DNA of 60,605 nucleotides, counting the filler. It is 5 parts of 5 records of this genome, joined end to end, with 100 filler letters (N's around TTAATTAATTAA, not from the genome) between each part and the next. Parts side by side here need not be neighbours in the genome. Positions count along the whole stretch, not along the records: positions 9,852 to 23,545 come from SRR31156797_17427; positions 23,646 to 46,230 come from SRR31156797_17439; 3 more parts are not named here. One strand, given 5' to 3'. Positions within the stretch are counted from its first letter, which is position 1. Every line of letters begins with the position of its first letter. The notes under the pieces are model-generated. The model saw only the letters and a list, made by a program, of their open reading frames with translations, made no database searches and had not been told where the DNA came from. Positions 20,247-32,052 of this stretch are shown piece by piece. The position numbers and the translations under genes were made by a program.

Positions 20247-21977
20247 TTAATCTACTTTAAACGAATTAACCGTATCAGTTAAACTATGACTCATTTGATT
20301 CAATTTTTTCACTTCTGACAGTTTATCAACTAAAATTTTCGTTATACTGGAAGTAATTTCATGTGTTTCCATTCCTATGCCCTCTATTTCAGTTGAGTTC
20401 TCCGTTATATCCTGAACAGCTTTAGTAATCTCTTCCGAAGCATTTGCCTGCTCCTCAGTAAGCATAGCTATATTTTTGATATCCTGATTATTCTTAAAGA
20501 TAATATCTATTATCTGTTTAATCTTAATATTTACTTCTTCTGTTAAGTGAATTCCTCCATATACATTTTCCTCAACTTCATCATTAGCTGATTTTACAGC
20601 AGTAATCTCATTTTGAATATTTCCTATTATTTCTTCTATTTTTTTAGTTTCACCATTTGTTTGTTCAGCAAGTTTCCTAATTTCATCTGCAACTACTGCA
20701 AAACCTCTTCCTGCTTCCCCTGCTCTTGCTGCCTCTATTGCTGCATTAAGAGCTAGTAAATTTGTTTGTTCAGCTATATTGTTAATTGCAGTTAATATTT
20801 CCCCGATATTTCTCGATAAAATTATTAATTCACCAATTTTTAAATTTGCATTTTCAACACTTTTAGAGATTTTATGCATTTCCGTTTCCATTTGAGAAAC
20901 ACTTTCTACTGTTGTTGTCCCAATTTTCACTGCATTTTCAGATGATTCCAGAGTTTGAGTAGAATTTGATCTAATTGTATCACCTGATGCAGAGATTTCT
21001 TCAAGACTAGCTAATGATTCCTGAGTACTTGCAGTTTGATTTCTAATATGATCAAGTACATTTGTTACATGATTTTCAAGTTGAATTATCCCCTCATCTA
21101 TTACTCTGCTTCCTTTTGCATCTCTACCTTTTACTATATTATCCATTATCTCAGATAAATTATCCGTTTCAGTAGAAACGTTAGTTATTAAATCCCTTAT
21201 CTCTATAATAATTAATGCCAAATTATCTAAAAATTTATTAAAATAAATTGCAAGATCTGCTATCTCATCATTTCCTTTAACATCAAGTTTTAAAGTCAAA
21301 TCTCCATTTCCTTCTGCAATACTTTTTAGACCCGAAATAACTTTTTTAAGCGGTTTCATCATTCTAAGTACAGTTAGTAAAATTAAAGCATTAACTATTA
21401 CAACAACTATAGTAATAATAATAAATGAAATCTCAGTATATAAAATTTCTTCCTCAACAAGCTCCGTTTTACTTTTTGTTAAGACATCTACTTCTGCCTC
21501 TAAAGTACTTAATGCCTCAAGTGCAGGGCCATCATTGATTTTGATCAGACTGTCAATCTCAGTTACGGTTTTTCCTTGATTTTTGTACTGAATCGCCTTT
21601 TCGAGATTGTTTTTATAATCTCTAAATGTTTCCTCGATTACATTTAGACACTTAATTTCATCTTCGTTAATTGTTTTTAAACTAAGGTATTCATCTTTTA
21701 AAACTGAAAACTCGTCAAATTTTTTGTTGAAATTATCAATTTGTTTTTGCTGTCCTCTAATTACATAATTTTTAAACTGATGAATCGCTCCTCCATATCC
21801 AAAACTTGACTTAATTTGAGAAATCAATGTAATTCTTTCTTTTCCTTCATTTAAATATGTATTCCACTCTTTATTTAATTTAACTGCATTGTTCACACCA
21901 AATGAAATACTAAGTAATAGTATAATAAAACCCGTTAATAAAATTAACGAGAATTTTTTTAGTATAGATACTTTCAT
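20247..21977 (-). CDS. Methyl-accepting chemotaxis protein
   Basis: TM-sensor-TM-HAMP layout; [38 protein letters not shown]. Confidence 0.95.
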   Translation of the reverse strand: MKVSILKKFSLILLTGFIILLLSISFGVNNAVKLNKEWNTYLNEGKERITLISQIKSSFGYGGAIHQFKNYVIRGQQKQIDNFNKKFDEFSVLKDEYLSLKTINEDEIKCLNVIEETFRDYKNNLEKAIQYKNQGKTVTEIDSLIKINDGPALEALSTLEAEVDVLTKSKTELVEEEILYTEISFIIITIVVVIVNALILLTVLRMMKPLKKVISGLKSIAEGNGDLTLKLDVKGNDEIADLAIYFNKFLDNLALIIIEIRDLITNVSTETDNLSEIMDNIVKGRDAKGSRVIDEGIIQLENHVTNVLDHIRNQTASTQESLASLEEISASGDTIRSNSTQTLESSENAVKIGTTTVESVSQMETEMHKISKSVENANLKIGELIILSRNIGEILTAINNIAEQTNLLALNAAIEAARAGEAGRGFAVVADEIRKLAEQTNGETKKIEEIIGNIQNEITAVKSANDEVEENVYGGIHLTEEVNIKIKQIIDIIFKNNQDIKNIAMLTEEQANASEEITKAVQDITENSTEIEGIGMETHEITSSITKILVDKLSEVKKLNQMSHSLTDTVNSFKVD

Positions 21978-22090
21978 TACGTCACTTCCTTTCTTTAATA
22001 TCAAAATTCACTTTTGTAACCTCTTCATAATTATACCACATTATATTTTTAAAATCATTACATTTTTATAAAATGTTTAATTAGATGCTT

Positions 22091-22139
22091 TTAATCATAA
22101 AAAAAGTATGGATCGCTTCCCATACTTTTTTATGATTAA
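22091..22139 (-). terminator. Long inverted repeat/terminator after msrAB
   Basis: TTAATCATAAAAAAAGTATGG...CCATACTTTTTTTATGATTAA. Confidence 0.7.
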
Positions 22140-22142
22140 TTT

Positions 22143-23186
22143 TTATTTAAATAACTTTAAATACTCACCATAGCCCTCTTCTTCTAATTTTTCCTTAGGT
22201 ACAAATCTCAAAGAAGCTGAATTTATACAGTATCTCATTCCTGTAGGTGCAGGCCCGTCTGGGAATACATGCCCCAAGTGAGAATCGCCATATCTGCTTC
22301 GAAGCTCTATTCTGGTCATGAAAAATTTTCTATCCTCTTTTTCAATTACATAATGCTCATCAATTGCCTTTGTAAAACTCGGCCAGCCTGTTCCTGATCT
22401 AAATTTATCTGTTGAGCTGAATAGAGGTTCTCCGGAAACAATATCTACATAAATTCCCTCTTCTTTATTATCCCAGTACTCTCCTGTAAATGATCTCTCT
22501 GTTCCATCCTCCTGTGTTACTTTATACTGAAGTGATGTTAATTCTTTTTTTAGTTCTTTTTTACTTGGTTTTTCAAAATCAGAAAACTTCTTTTTTTCAG
22601 TCATCTCCTTCTCCTCTCCCCAAATTTTCTTGATAAATTGATCTCTTCCAGAGAAAAATCTATAGTATTTATATCTTGCTGTACTTTTTTTATAGTAATC
22701 CTGGTGGTAATCTTCTGCTTCATAAAAATTAGTAAATTTAATAACAGGAGTTACTATTTTTTTATCAAATATTTTCTTTTTATCAAGTTCTTTTTTGTAT
22801 ATCTCAGCTAGTTTTTTTTGCCCTTCATCATGGTAAAAAATCGCTGTACTATATTGAAACCCTCTGTCAACAAACTGTCCTCCATCATCAGTTGGGTCTA
22901 TTTGTTTCCAAAATATCTCAAGAAGCTCCTCATAACTTATTATTTTTGAATCATAAGTTATCTGCACTGCTTCTCTATGGCTCGTTTTTCCTGATGCAAC
23001 ATCTTTATACTTTGGATTTATCTCTTTTCCTCCGGCATATCCGGATATCGCTTCAATTACTCCATCTACTTTTTCAAACGGTGGTTCCATACACCAAAAA
23101 CAACCTCCGGCGAATGTTGCTTTTTTAATTTCAGCAAAAGAAAAAGCCGATATCAGTAAAAAAATAAATATAATTCGTTTTAACAT
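22143..23186 (-). CDS. msrAB: Exported bifunctional methionine sulfoxide reductase MsrA-MsrB
   Basis: Signal-like N-terminus, [31 protein letters not shown] and RYCINSA. Confidence 0.95.
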   Translation of the reverse strand: MLKRIIFIFLLISAFSFAEIKKATFAGGCFWCMEPPFEKVDGVIEAISGYAGGKEINPKYKDVASGKTSHREAVQITYDSKIISYEELLEIFWKQIDPTDDGGQFVDRGFQYSTAIFYHDEGQKKLAEIYKKELDKKKIFDKKIVTPVIKFTNFYEAEDYHQDYYKKSTARYKYYRFFSGRDQFIKKIWGEEKEMTEKKKFSDFEKPSKKELKKELTSLQYKVTQEDGTERSFTGEYWDNKEEGIYVDIVSGEPLFSSTDKFRSGTGWPSFTKAIDEHYVIEKEDRKFFMTRIELRSRYGDSHLGHVFPDGPAPTGMRYCINSASLRFVPKEKLEEEGYGEYLKLFK

Positions 23187-23545
23187 TTAATTTCACTCCC
23201 CTCAGAAATTTATAAACCTGAAGTAATAATTTCAGGCTAATTTATAGAACTATTGAAAATTCTACTTTTATTGCTCTTCAAATTGATTATATCTCCTCGA
23301 GTTTAAAATTATATTAAAAATGTTTCCATTACAATTTTAATATATAAAAAATCTTAGTTGTACGGGCATCCCTTGTAGGTGCCCCACCCTAAAACGTGCC
23401 ATTAAGATCTTATAAATAAAACATCTGTACAAATACAAAAGGACGTTCAAATGAACGTCCTAAAATTTTTTTTAATTTTCTACCTCAATAACCGTACTTT
23501 TCCTTTCCTCTTAGATAAGAGGTGGCTCCCGCAGAAATTTTTGAA

Positions 23546-23645
23546 NNNNNNNNNNNNNNNNNNNNNNNNNNNNNNNNNNNNNNNNNNNNTTAATTAATTA
23601 ANNNNNNNNNNNNNNNNNNNNNNNNNNNNNNNNNNNNNNNNNNNN
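23546..23645. other. Artificial contig spacer
   Basis: N44-TTAATTAATTAA-N44. Confidence 0.99.
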
Positions 23646-24233
<588 letters not shown>

Positions 24234-24297
24234 TCAAATTTACTGCATTATGATTTAAGACCTGATTCCTGCTTGTAAAGAGGTCAGGCTATAAAAA

Positions 24298-24876
24298 TCA
24301 GGATAATTTATTGACCATTACTTTTGCAGGGCGGATGACGCGTTCTTTTAGTACGTAACCGCGCTGCATGATCTGGGCAATGGAGTTGTCGGGAATATCC
24401 GCAACCTGTGCCATACCCATAGCTTCGTGAAAATTGGGGTCGAACTCTTCGCCGACTTTACCCACAGCTTCAAGGCCGTGTTTGGCGAGGGTTTCCAGAA
24501 ACATCTTTCTGGTCATATCCACGCCGATTATGAAATCTTTGCAGGCATCAAGGTTCTGGGCATGGTCAAGGGCGAGATCCAGGTTGTCCAGCACGGGCAG
24601 CAGATCGGAAAGGATAGAGTCTGCCGCGAACTTTTTCAGTTCATCAGTCTCGCGGGCAAGTCTCTTTTTGATATTTTCCGTTTCAGCAAGTGCGCGGAGC
24701 CTTTCTTCTTTGGCTTCTCCCATCACATCGCATGCGGGGCATACGTGTTCCCGACAGAGGGCTTTGAGCTCATCTTCGCTTAAAGTCACTTCATTCTCAG
24801 CTTCCGCAGTTTCTTCAGTTTCAGTTGCTGCGGTTTCCTGTTCGTTCATTTCTTTATTATCTTCTTTTCCAGACAT
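24298..24876 (-). CDS. grpE: Nucleotide exchange factor GrpE
   Basis: RALAETENIKKR, LLPVLDNL, FDPNFHEAM and GYVLKERVIRPAKV. Confidence 0.97.
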   Translation of the reverse strand: MSGKEDNKEMNEQETAATETEETAEAENEVTLSEDELKALCREHVCPACDVMGEAKEERLRALAETENIKKRLARETDELKKFAADSILSDLLPVLDNLDLALDHAQNLDACKDFIIGVDMTRKMFLETLAKHGLEAVGKVGEEFDPNFHEAMGMAQVADIPDNSIAQIMQRGYVLKERVIRPAKVMVNKLS

Positions 24877-25018
24877 GGATTCTCCGGTGTCATGAATTTG
24901 CGGTCTGAGACCTTAAAAAAGGACAATCAGACCGCACAATTAGACAAATAAGCATCCCGCATATCTTGTCAACACATGAAAGGGGATCAAAAGGACTTTT
25001 TTTTCAATTCATGCTCAT

Positions 25019-26230
25019 TTAAGGCATTTTGAACTGTCCGCCCTCGTAAATAGTCACTTTTTTGCCATCGGCAAGGTTGGCGGTAACAATTTTTTCTTCG
25101 GTGTTCACAAGGTCCCAGTGGATTGAAGAGGTGTTGAAGCCCAGCGAGTCCATCATCACTTTATCTAGAACTTCGGGCGGTCCGGCAAAAGTTTCGCTAA
25201 GGGACTGACCTAGAGCTATGTGACAGCTGCCTTGCTCGCCTCCGAAATTTTCATCAAGGATGGTCTGGGCCATGAAATGATCCACCCGCGAGATGGAAGC
25301 ATCTGTCAGCGAGAATTCCCCGACCCTGCGTGCTCCGCCGTCTGCTCGGAGTTGATCGAGCAGAAATTTCTCACCGCCCATGGATTTGACGCGCATGGCG
25401 ATACCGTCCATAAATTCGATCTGCACCCCGTATGTAGCCTTGTCCATATATAATGAAGGTAAGTCGGCGTAGTATACTCCGTTCACTGTTCGGCAGTCCG
25501 GTGATACATATACTTCATATCCCGGAATATTGTCTCCGGCGGCTCCCTGCCAACGTCTATTCTCTCCGGGCGAAAAAAATAAATCACAAAGTTCGGATTG
25601 CATACGGATTGTTTTGATATTCAGTGAGCTTAGCCAACGGGCTATATCATTGGTGCGGTCGGATATTTTCTGCCATTCCCGGGCCGGGTCGGGCATGTTC
25701 AGGTAACAGGCCCGCATGAGCCGGGTTGTGTAATTTTCAAGGGAAAGACCTGATTTTGCTGCAAGTGCTGAGGTAGGGTATGCGCATTCGGTCCATGCCA
25801 GTTTTCCATGGAGCTTGCGCTTTTCTATGGATTGTCGAAAAGACCGCGAACCATTGCGGTTTTCCATGATCGAACGGGGATCGACTTCAGTCATGGCTTC
25901 TACTTCTTCCGGGGCGTGAATGCGGATAACTCCGGCGGCTTCAGCGTATAGTTCTTTTTTGCCCGGAGGATGGAAAGTAAGTTGCCCGTAACTGGAGTTG
26001 ATGTATAGTTCCGCCTTCATGGCCGGCGTCAGTCCTGTTTCCATGACCGGGTGCAGATGTTTTTCAATCAGCAGGGCAAAAAGGGCTTCAGCCAAAGGCG
26101 TTGCCAGATAATCATATTTAATGATGATAATATCTTTGTTTTTCAAACCATCATTTTTTTGGCTGCTTAAAGCCCAAAAGAGGACTTTTGCATACTGACG
26201 TAGGTCTTCGTAGGAGAATAATTTTTTCAT
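25019..26230 (-). CDS. Aminopeptidase, M29 (AmpS/AmpT) family
   Basis: NIPGYEVYVSP, GARRVGEF, LDENFGG...HIALG and SSIHWDLV. Confidence 0.88.
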   Translation of the reverse strand: MKKLFSYEDLRQYAKVLFWALSSQKNDGLKNKDIIIIKYDYLATPLAEALFALLIEKHLHPVMETGLTPAMKAELYINSSYGQLTFHPPGKKELYAEAAGVIRIHAPEEVEAMTEVDPRSIMENRNGSRSFRQSIEKRKLHGKLAWTECAYPTSALAAKSGLSLENYTTRLMRACYLNMPDPAREWQKISDRTNDIARWLSSLNIKTIRMQSELCDLFFSPGENRRWQGAAGDNIPGYEVYVSPDCRTVNGVYYADLPSLYMDKATYGVQIEFMDGIAMRVKSMGGEKFLLDQLRADGGARRVGEFSLTDASISRVDHFMAQTILDENFGGEQGSCHIALGQSLSETFAGPPEVLDKVMMDSLGFNTSSIHWDLVNTEEKIVTANLADGKKVTIYEGGQFKMP

Positions 26231-26394
26231 ATAAAAGTATGAAGGGTTAGAGGGCTAGTTGATTGAGTGAGTGTAAATGTTCCTCTCAATCTTATCTACA
26301 ATTAAAATGATCATAGTGGATTGACATATTAAAATGTACACTTAAATGGTGTGAAATTAAATGTGTCAAAAGTTTCACATTAAAATTGTATGTT

Positions 26395-26411
26395 TTGAGA
26401 TTGACTTTCAA
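26395..26411. promoter_or_regulatory. Fur box candidate 1 upstream of feoAB
   Basis: TTGAGATTGACTTTCAA, an imperfect TTGA-N9-TCAA palindrome before iron-uptake genes. Confidence 0.65.
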
Positions 26412-26466
26412 TCGTCTGCGTGTCTATGAAACTCATTTCTCGCAGCACGCAGTAGACTGTGTGTTG

Positions 26467-26483
26467 TTGAAAATGCTATTCAT
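26467..26483. promoter_or_regulatory. Fur box candidate 2 upstream of feoAB
   Basis: TTGAAAATGCTATTCAT. Confidence 0.65.
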
Positions 26484-26517
26484 ATTCATGTACATAGATA
26501 TATAGTAGAGGGGAGTT

Positions 26518-26751
26518 ATGTCTGTATCACTTAGAACAATGAGAAAAGACCAGAAAGGTGTCGTCGTTGCAGTCAATGCCGGTGGTGAACTAGGACGTCG
26601 TATCCGTGATATGGGACTCGTTCCCGGTACTGAATTCATGATCGTGGGCCGTGCGCCTCTTGAAGACCCAGTCGCTTTGCGTATGAAGGGGTTCACACTG
26701 ACCCTGCGTAATAACGAAGCTGATTACATTGTAGTCCAGCCGGAGGATTAG
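26518..26751 (+). CDS. feoA: Ferrous iron transport protein A
   Basis: RRIRDMGLVPG, APLEDP and LRNNEA; immediately before feoB. Confidence 0.95.
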   Translation: MSVSLRTMRKDQKGVVVAVNAGGELGRRIRDMGLVPGTEFMIVGRAPLEDPVALRMKGFTLTLRNNEADYIVVQPED

Positions 26752-26754
26752 TAG

Positions 26755-28935
26755 ATGGGTAAGGAATATTTTGTAGCTGTTTCAGGTCAGCCCAACTGCG
26801 GTAAGAGTACCATGTTCAATGCTCTGACCGGGGCAACTGCACGAGTGGGGAACTACCCGGGAATTACAGTTGACCGTACCGAAGGGCGTTATTGTACTCC
26901 TGAGTTCTGTGCTAATCTGGTTGACCTGCCCGGAACATATTCCCTTACTTCCTATTCCATGGAAGAGGTTGTAGCCCGTGATGTGATCGTTGATGAAAAG
27001 CCTGATGTGGTCATCAATATGCTCGATGCAACTTCACTTGAGCGTTCCCTCTATCTTGCCGTTCAATTTATGGAAATCGGTGTACCCGTAGTTCTCGGCC
27101 TGAACATGATGGATGAGGTGCGTAAGAAGGGTATCCGCATTGATACTGAGAAGCTCTCCGAACTCATGGGTGTTCCTGTAATTGAGTGTATTGCCCGTAG
27201 GGGAGTGGGTAAAGATGAGCTTATGGAGTCCGTTCAGAAGGTAGTTGAAGAGACGCAGGGAGAATGGAGTCCGGTAAATATTTCATATGGTCATGACTTG
27301 GATCCGGTTATTGAAGAAATGACTGCGTTAATCAAGGAAAATGAATTCATGACTGACCGTTATGATCCGCATTGGCTGGCGGTTAAGTATCTTGAAGAAG
27401 ATGAAATCGTCATGAAAAACGGTCGCAAAGCCGGTCCTCTTTCTGAGCAGCTTGAAGAGAAGGTGCAGAAGGTTTCTGAGCATATCCAGAAAACCCTGAA
27501 CACTTATCCCGAGGCAGTCCTTGCCGACTATCGTTACGGATTCATCAATTCCATCCTCAAGCAGGGCGTTATCAGTCGTGAAGATGATCTACGTTTTGAC
27601 TTTTCCGACAAAATAGACCTCGTACTGACCCACAAATTTCTCGGCCCGGTGATCATGCTTTTGATCATGTACTCCATGTTTTACATCACCTTTAATGTCG
27701 GTGCTGTGCCGCAAGGCTGGGTGGAAGCCGGTTTTGCATGGTTTTCTAATACTGTCGGCTCTTTGTTGCCGGACGGGCTGCTCAAATCTATGATAACTTC
27801 CGGGGTCATTGACGGCGTGGGCGCGGTCATGGGCTTTACCCCGCTGATCCTGATCATGTTTGCCATGCTCGTTTTTCTGGAAGACCTCGGCTACATGGCT
27901 CGTGTTTCCTACATGGTCGACCGTGTGTTCCGTTCGTTTGGTTTGCACGGAATGTCGATCATGCCTTTTATCATGTCGGGCGGTCTTCCGGGCGGTTGTG
28001 CTGTCCCCGGTGTTATGACCTGCCGTACCTTACGTAGTCCTAAAGAGCGTATCGCCACTATCCTGACCGCTCCGTTTATGATTTGCGGCGCGAAAACTAC
28101 CGCATATTTAATGCTGGTCCGCGCATTCTATCCGGACAACGCGACCACAGTCATGTTCTTTCTGGTGTTGGTTTCATGGTTGCTGGCTCTGTGCTTCGGG
28201 CGTTTATTGCGCTGGACAGCACTTAAGGGTGAGTCCACTCCTTTTGTTATGGAGTTACCGCCTTACCGTATTCCAACCCTGCACGGGATTGCCATCCATA
28301 CTTGGGACCGCGTCTGGGAATATGTGAAAAAAGCGGGTACCGTAATTCTTGCCATCTCCATCCTCATGTGGGCGTTGATGACTTTTCCGCAGCTTCCTGC
28401 TGAACGCGTTGCGGCTTTCGAAACTTTGCGGGTTCAAGTTGTAGAGCAGAGTGCTTCACTGTCAGGCAGTGCGCAGGAAAAAAAAGATAAAGTGGCTCAG
28501 GCTCTTGCTGAAATCAGCTACAATGAAGGTGAAGCAGCTCTCAAATACTCCTATGCTGGCCGTCTCAGTGAGGCCATTTCTCCGGTAACTGACGTAGCCG
28601 GATTCCCATGGCAGGCCAATATCGCCTTCATCGGTGCATTTGCTGCTAAGGAAGTTTTTGTTTCCACCATGTCCACTGCCTATTCCCTTGGCGAAGAGGA
28701 CCCGGATGAGGCCCTTTCGCTTAGCGAGAAGATCGCGGCGGATAAAGCTTGGACCACTCCGGTTATCTGGTCGGTGTTTATCTTCCTGATGGTTTATGTT
28801 CCGTGCATGGTTACTGTGGCGGTTATCGCTCGTGAGACCAACTGGAAGTGGGCTACTTTCTCGGTATTCGGGTCTCTGGCTTTCGGTTACTCGCTTTCAG
28901 TGATTATTTATCAGGTTGGTAATTTGCTGATGTAA
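26755..28935 (+). CDS. feoB: Ferrous iron transport protein B
   Basis: GQPNCGKS, VGNYPGITV, DLPGTYSL, NMMD and PFVMELPPY; polytopic membrane domain. Confidence 0.97.
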   Translation: MGKEYFVAVSGQPNCGKSTMFNALTGATARVGNYPGITVDRTEGRYCTPEFCANLVDLPGTYSLTSYSMEEVVARDVIVDEKPDVVINMLDATSLERSLYLAVQFMEIGVPVVLGLNMMDEVRKKGIRIDTEKLSELMGVPVIECIARRGVGKDELMESVQKVVEETQGEWSPVNISYGHDLDPVIEEMTALIKENEFMTDRYDPHWLAVKYLEEDEIVMKNGRKAGPLSEQLEEKVQKVSEHIQKTLNTYPEAVLADYRYGFINSILKQGVISREDDLRFDFSDKIDLVLTHKFLGPVIMLLIMYSMFYITFNVGAVPQGWVEAGFAWFSNTVGSLLPDGLLKSMITSGVIDGVGAVMGFTPLILIMFAMLVFLEDLGYMARVSYMVDRVFRSFGLHGMSIMPFIMSGGLPGGCAVPGVMTCRTLRSPKERIATILTAPFMICGAKTTAYLMLVRAFYPDNATTVMFFLVLVSWLLALCFGRLLRWTALKGESTPFVMELPPYRIPTLHGIAIHTWDRVWEYVKKAGTVILAISILMWALMTFPQLPAERVAAFETLRVQVVEQSASLSGSAQEKKDKVAQALAEISYNEGEAALKYSYAGRLSEAISPVTDVAGFPWQANIAFIGAFAAKEVFVSTMSTAYSLGEEDPDEALSLSEKIAADKAWTTPVIWSVFIFLMVYVPCMVTVAVIARETNWKWATFSVFGSLAFGYSLSVIIYQVGNLLM

Positions 28936-28964
28936 GAACCCTAAAACTTTTTAATAAGCTTCGC
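28936..28964. repeat. Fragment of an intergenic repeat family (second copy at 46172-46230, inverted)
   Basis: GAACCCTAAAACTTTTTAATAAGCTTCGC versus the reverse complement of 46172-46200, TAATCCCAAAAACTTTTAATAAGCTTCGC. Confidence 0.7.
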
Positions 28965-28997
28965 ATTTAGTTTATTAAAATTCACCGTTGAATTATG

Positions 28998-29030
28998 ACC
29001 GCAATATCTTTTTTGATATTGCGGTTTTTT
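28998..29030 (+). terminator. feoAB terminator
   Basis: ACCGCAATATC...GATATTGCGGT followed by a T run. Confidence 0.8.
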
Positions 29031-29046
29031 GGCGACGTGAGAACAG

Positions 29047-29090
29047 AAAAAGGCGGAATGCTCGGGTGGTAACGAGCATTCCGCCTTTTT
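29047..29090. terminator. Bidirectional terminator
   Basis: AAAAAGGCGGAATGCTCG...CGAGCATTCCGCCTTTTT. Confidence 0.85.
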
Positions 29091-29130
29091 ATTTGGGATG
29101 TGAGTGGTATAATGAGGCTTTTAAAATATT

Positions 29131-29301
29131 TTAAAGAGGTTCGTAGTAGCAGCGTTTGGGGCTGTGAACTTTGCCTTCTTTTTTGAGTGCTTGAATAGCT
29201 TTAGATACATCCTTGGATTCTTCGCCAATAGCTTTGGCTACATCACCGGGACGTACAGGTTTGCCTGCTTCTTTCATTGCTTCGAGTACTTTATTTTGCA
29301 T
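29131..29301 (-). CDS. 56-aa stand-alone winged-helix-like DNA-binding protein (missed by ORF track)
   Basis: Manual translation MQNKVLEAMKEAGKPVRPGDVAKAIGEESKDVSKAIQALKKEGKVHSPKRCYYEPL. TAAGGAG RBS upstream and a terminator downstream. Confidence 0.85.
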   Translation of the reverse strand: MQNKVLEAMKEAGKPVRPGDVAKAIGEESKDVSKAIQALKKEGKVHSPKRCYYEPL

Positions 29302-29374
29302 TTTGGAATCTCCTTATCGTTGCTATTGATAATTATTACTATTAAGTTTTTAATTTGCTGTCAACAGAAAAATT

Positions 29375-29404
29375 AAGGCCGCATGAAGTTTTTCATGCGG
29401 CCTT
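29375..29404 (-). terminator. clpB terminator
   Basis: AAGGCCGCATGAA...TTCATGCGGCCTT. Confidence 0.75.
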
Positions 29405-29430
29405 GTTGTTTTGATTATAGTGACTCGAGA

Positions 29431-32052
29431 TTACTCTGTGCTGAACATCAGTCCATCCTCACTTACATCAATACTGACAGTATTCTCTTCCAGCAGTTCT
29501 CCGCCGATGATCTTCTTAGCCAACGGAGTTTCTACATGGGATTGCAGGTATCTGCGCAGCGGCCTTGCCCCGTAGATGGGATTGTAGGATGCATGTGCGA
29601 TGAAGGCCTTGGCTTTGTCGGTGACTTCCATGGACATCTTTTGTTCTTCGAGACGTGCACGTAAGCCTGCAAGTTGCAGGTCCACGATCTTGACGAGGTC
29701 CTTTTCAAGCAGCGGCTTGAAGAGCACTGTTTCGTCCACGCGGTTCAGGAATTCAGGCCTGAAATGTCCGCGCAGCACGTTCATTACGCCGTCCTGAACA
29801 CCGTCTTTGAATTCTCCGCTGTCCTTGATTCCTTCAAGCATAAGCTGGGAACCAAGGTTGGAGGTCATAATGATAATTGTGTTTTTGCAATCCACGGTGC
29901 GGCCCTGTGAATCAGTGATCCGGCCGTCATCGAGGATTTGCAGTAACACGTTAAATACATCGCTGTGCGCTTTTTCGATTTCATCGAAGAGCACTACGGA
30001 ATAGGGCTTGCGGCGGATGGCCTCGGTAAGCTGGCCGCCTTCATCGTAACCGATGTAGCCCGGAGGTGCTCCAATGAGCCGTGCCACTGCGTGTTTTTCC
30101 ATGTACTCGGACATGTCCATGCGCACGATGTTTTCTTCACTGTCAAAGAGCGCTTCAGCCAGAGCCTTGCAAAGCTCAGTCTTACCAACCCCGGTGGGAC
30201 CGAGGAAGATGAATGAGCCTATGGGCCGCGAGGGATCTTTCAGACCCGCACGGGCGCGCAGTACTGCTTCGGATACCGCCCTTACTGCATCATCCTGACC
30301 GATTACCCGGTCATGCAGAATGTCTTCAAGGCGGAGCAGCTTTTCGCGTTCACCCTCCACAAGGCGGGTGACAGGAATTCCAGTCCAGCGGGAGATGATC
30401 CCGGCAATGTCGTCCGGGCCGACAAATTCCTTAAGCAGACGTTTGCTGTCCGCAGTGACTTTGTCATCTTCGCCTTCTATATCGTTAGAGATATCTTCCA
30501 GCTGACTCTCCAAACCTGGCAGCACAGAGTAAGTCAACTCGGATGCACGGCCAAGGTCGCCTTTGCGCTGGGCTTCTTCAATATCTATTCTGGTCTTCTC
30601 GATCTGTGCTTTGAGGTCGCGCACAGTGTCGATGGAACCTTTTTCTTTTTCCCATTGCTCGACCAGCTCGGATTGCTTGATCTTCATCTCGGTGAGAGTG
30701 TCTTCCAGTTTGGAAAGGCGCTCACGGGATGCGGCATCGTCCTCTTTACGCAGGGCTTCGCGTTCGATTTCAGCCTGCATGATCTGACGGTTGATCTTGT
30801 CCAGCTCATAGGGCTGGGAGTCGATCTCGGTCCTGATCATGGCTGCGGCTTCATCGATAAGGTCGATGGCCTTGTCCGGCAACTGACGGTCTGTGATGTA
30901 GCGGGCGGAGAGTCCTGCCGCTTCCACCAATGCGCTGTCGCTGATGCGTACGCCGTGGTGCACTTCAAACCTTTCTTTCAGGCCGCGCAGGATTGAGATT
31001 GTGTCCTCTATGGTCGGTTCCTCAACCAGAATGGTCTGGAAGCGACGCTCAAGGGCCGGGTCCTTCTCAATATATTTGCGGTACTCGTCAGTGGTAGTCG
31101 CGCCGATGCAGTGCAGTTCGCCACGGGCCAGCATGGGCTTGAGCAGGTTTCCTGCATCCATTGCGCCGTCAGTTTTACCAGCGCCCACAATGGTGTGGAT
31201 CTCATCAATAAAGATGATGATCTGGCCTTCGGATTCCTGAACTTCCTTGAGTACGGCCTTGAGGCGTTCTTCAAATTCACCGCGATATTTGGCACCGGCA
31301 ATGAGCGCGCCCATGTCGAGCATGAACACGGTCTTGTCTTTCAAACCCTCAGGCACGTCCTGTTTGACGATGCGCTGGGCCAGTCCTTCGATGATGGCGG
31401 TTTTACCGACCCCGGCCTCACCGATGAGGATGGGGTTGTTCTTGGTACGCCGGGAAAGGATGCGGATTACGCGCCTGATCTCGGAATCACGGCCGATGAC
31501 CGGATCGAGTTTACCCTTGCGAGCTTCTTCCACCAGATCGCGACCGTATTTTTTGAGTGCATCGTAGGTGGCTTCCGGATTATCAGTGGTCACGCGCTGG
31601 TTGCCGCGGATTGAAGTCATGGCTTCCAGCACCTTGTCTTTGGTCAGGCCGAAGGTTTTATTAACCTTGCCCGCACCACTGGAACCGTGTTCATCCATGA
31701 TCGCAAGGAAAAGGTGTTCCACGCTGATGAATTCGTCCTGCATGCGCTGGGCGATTTCTTCAGAGGCCACAATAATCCTGTTCAACCGCTGGGTAACAAA
31801 GACCTGACCGGGCTGTGCGCCGGGGCCGCTGACCCGCGGAAGTTTGCGGATTTCATCCTCGACAGCCTTTTTGTAGTCTGCGGGATTAATAGATGATTTT
31901 TCAAGAATTTTGGGAACAATGCCTTTTTCCTGCTCAATTAGAGCGAGGAGCAGGTGTTCTACTTCTATTTGCTGCTGACCGTTTTTAACAGCCAGAGATT
32001 GTGCCGCAGCAATTGCGTCGTTAGTTTTCTGTGTGAATTTGTTCGGATCCAT
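29431..32052 (-). CDS. clpB: ATP-dependent disaggregase ClpB
   Basis: Two AAA+ modules ([16 protein letters not shown]), [11 protein letters not shown], long M-domain and GAPPGYIGY. Confidence 0.98.
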   Translation of the reverse strand: MDPNKFTQKTNDAIAAAQSLAVKNGQQQIEVEHLLLALIEQEKGIVPKILEKSSINPADYKKAVEDEIRKLPRVSGPGAQPGQVFVTQRLNRIIVASEEIAQRMQDEFISVEHLFLAIMDEHGSSGAGKVNKTFGLTKDKVLEAMTSIRGNQRVTTDNPEATYDALKKYGRDLVEEARKGKLDPVIGRDSEIRRVIRILSRRTKNNPILIGEAGVGKTAIIEGLAQRIVKQDVPEGLKDKTVFMLDMGALIAGAKYRGEFEERLKAVLKEVQESEGQIIIFIDEIHTIVGAGKTDGAMDAGNLLKPMLARGELHCIGATTTDEYRKYIEKDPALERRFQTILVEEPTIEDTISILRGLKERFEVHHGVRISDSALVEAAGLSARYITDRQLPDKAIDLIDEAAAMIRTEIDSQPYELDKINRQIMQAEIEREALRKEDDAASRERLSKLEDTLTEMKIKQSELVEQWEKEKGSIDTVRDLKAQIEKTRIDIEEAQRKGDLGRASELTYSVLPGLESQLEDISNDIEGEDDKVTADSKRLLKEFVGPDDIAGIISRWTGIPVTRLVEGEREKLLRLEDILHDRVIGQDDAVRAVSEAVLRARAGLKDPSRPIGSFIFLGPTGVGKTELCKALAEALFDSEENIVRMDMSEYMEKHAVARLIGAPPGYIGYDEGGQLTEAIRRKPYSVVLFDEIEKAHSDVFNVLLQILDDGRITDSQGRTVDCKNTIIIMTSNLGSQLMLEGIKDSGEFKDGVQDGVMNVLRGHFRPEFLNRVDETVLFKPLLEKDLVKIVDLQLAGLRARLEEQKMSMEVTDKAKAFIAHASYNPIYGARPLRRYLQSHVETPLAKKIIGGELLEENTVSIDVSEDGLMFSTE

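Noticed and set aside
24899-24936. 10-bp perfect stem in the grpE 5' UTR as an RNA thermometer
   Set aside because: It does not include the RBS; more likely an ordinary 5' stabilising hairpin.
29164-29376. 70-aa plus-strand ORF between feoB and clpB
   Set aside because: Antisense shadow of the better-supported 56-aa minus-strand wHTH gene.
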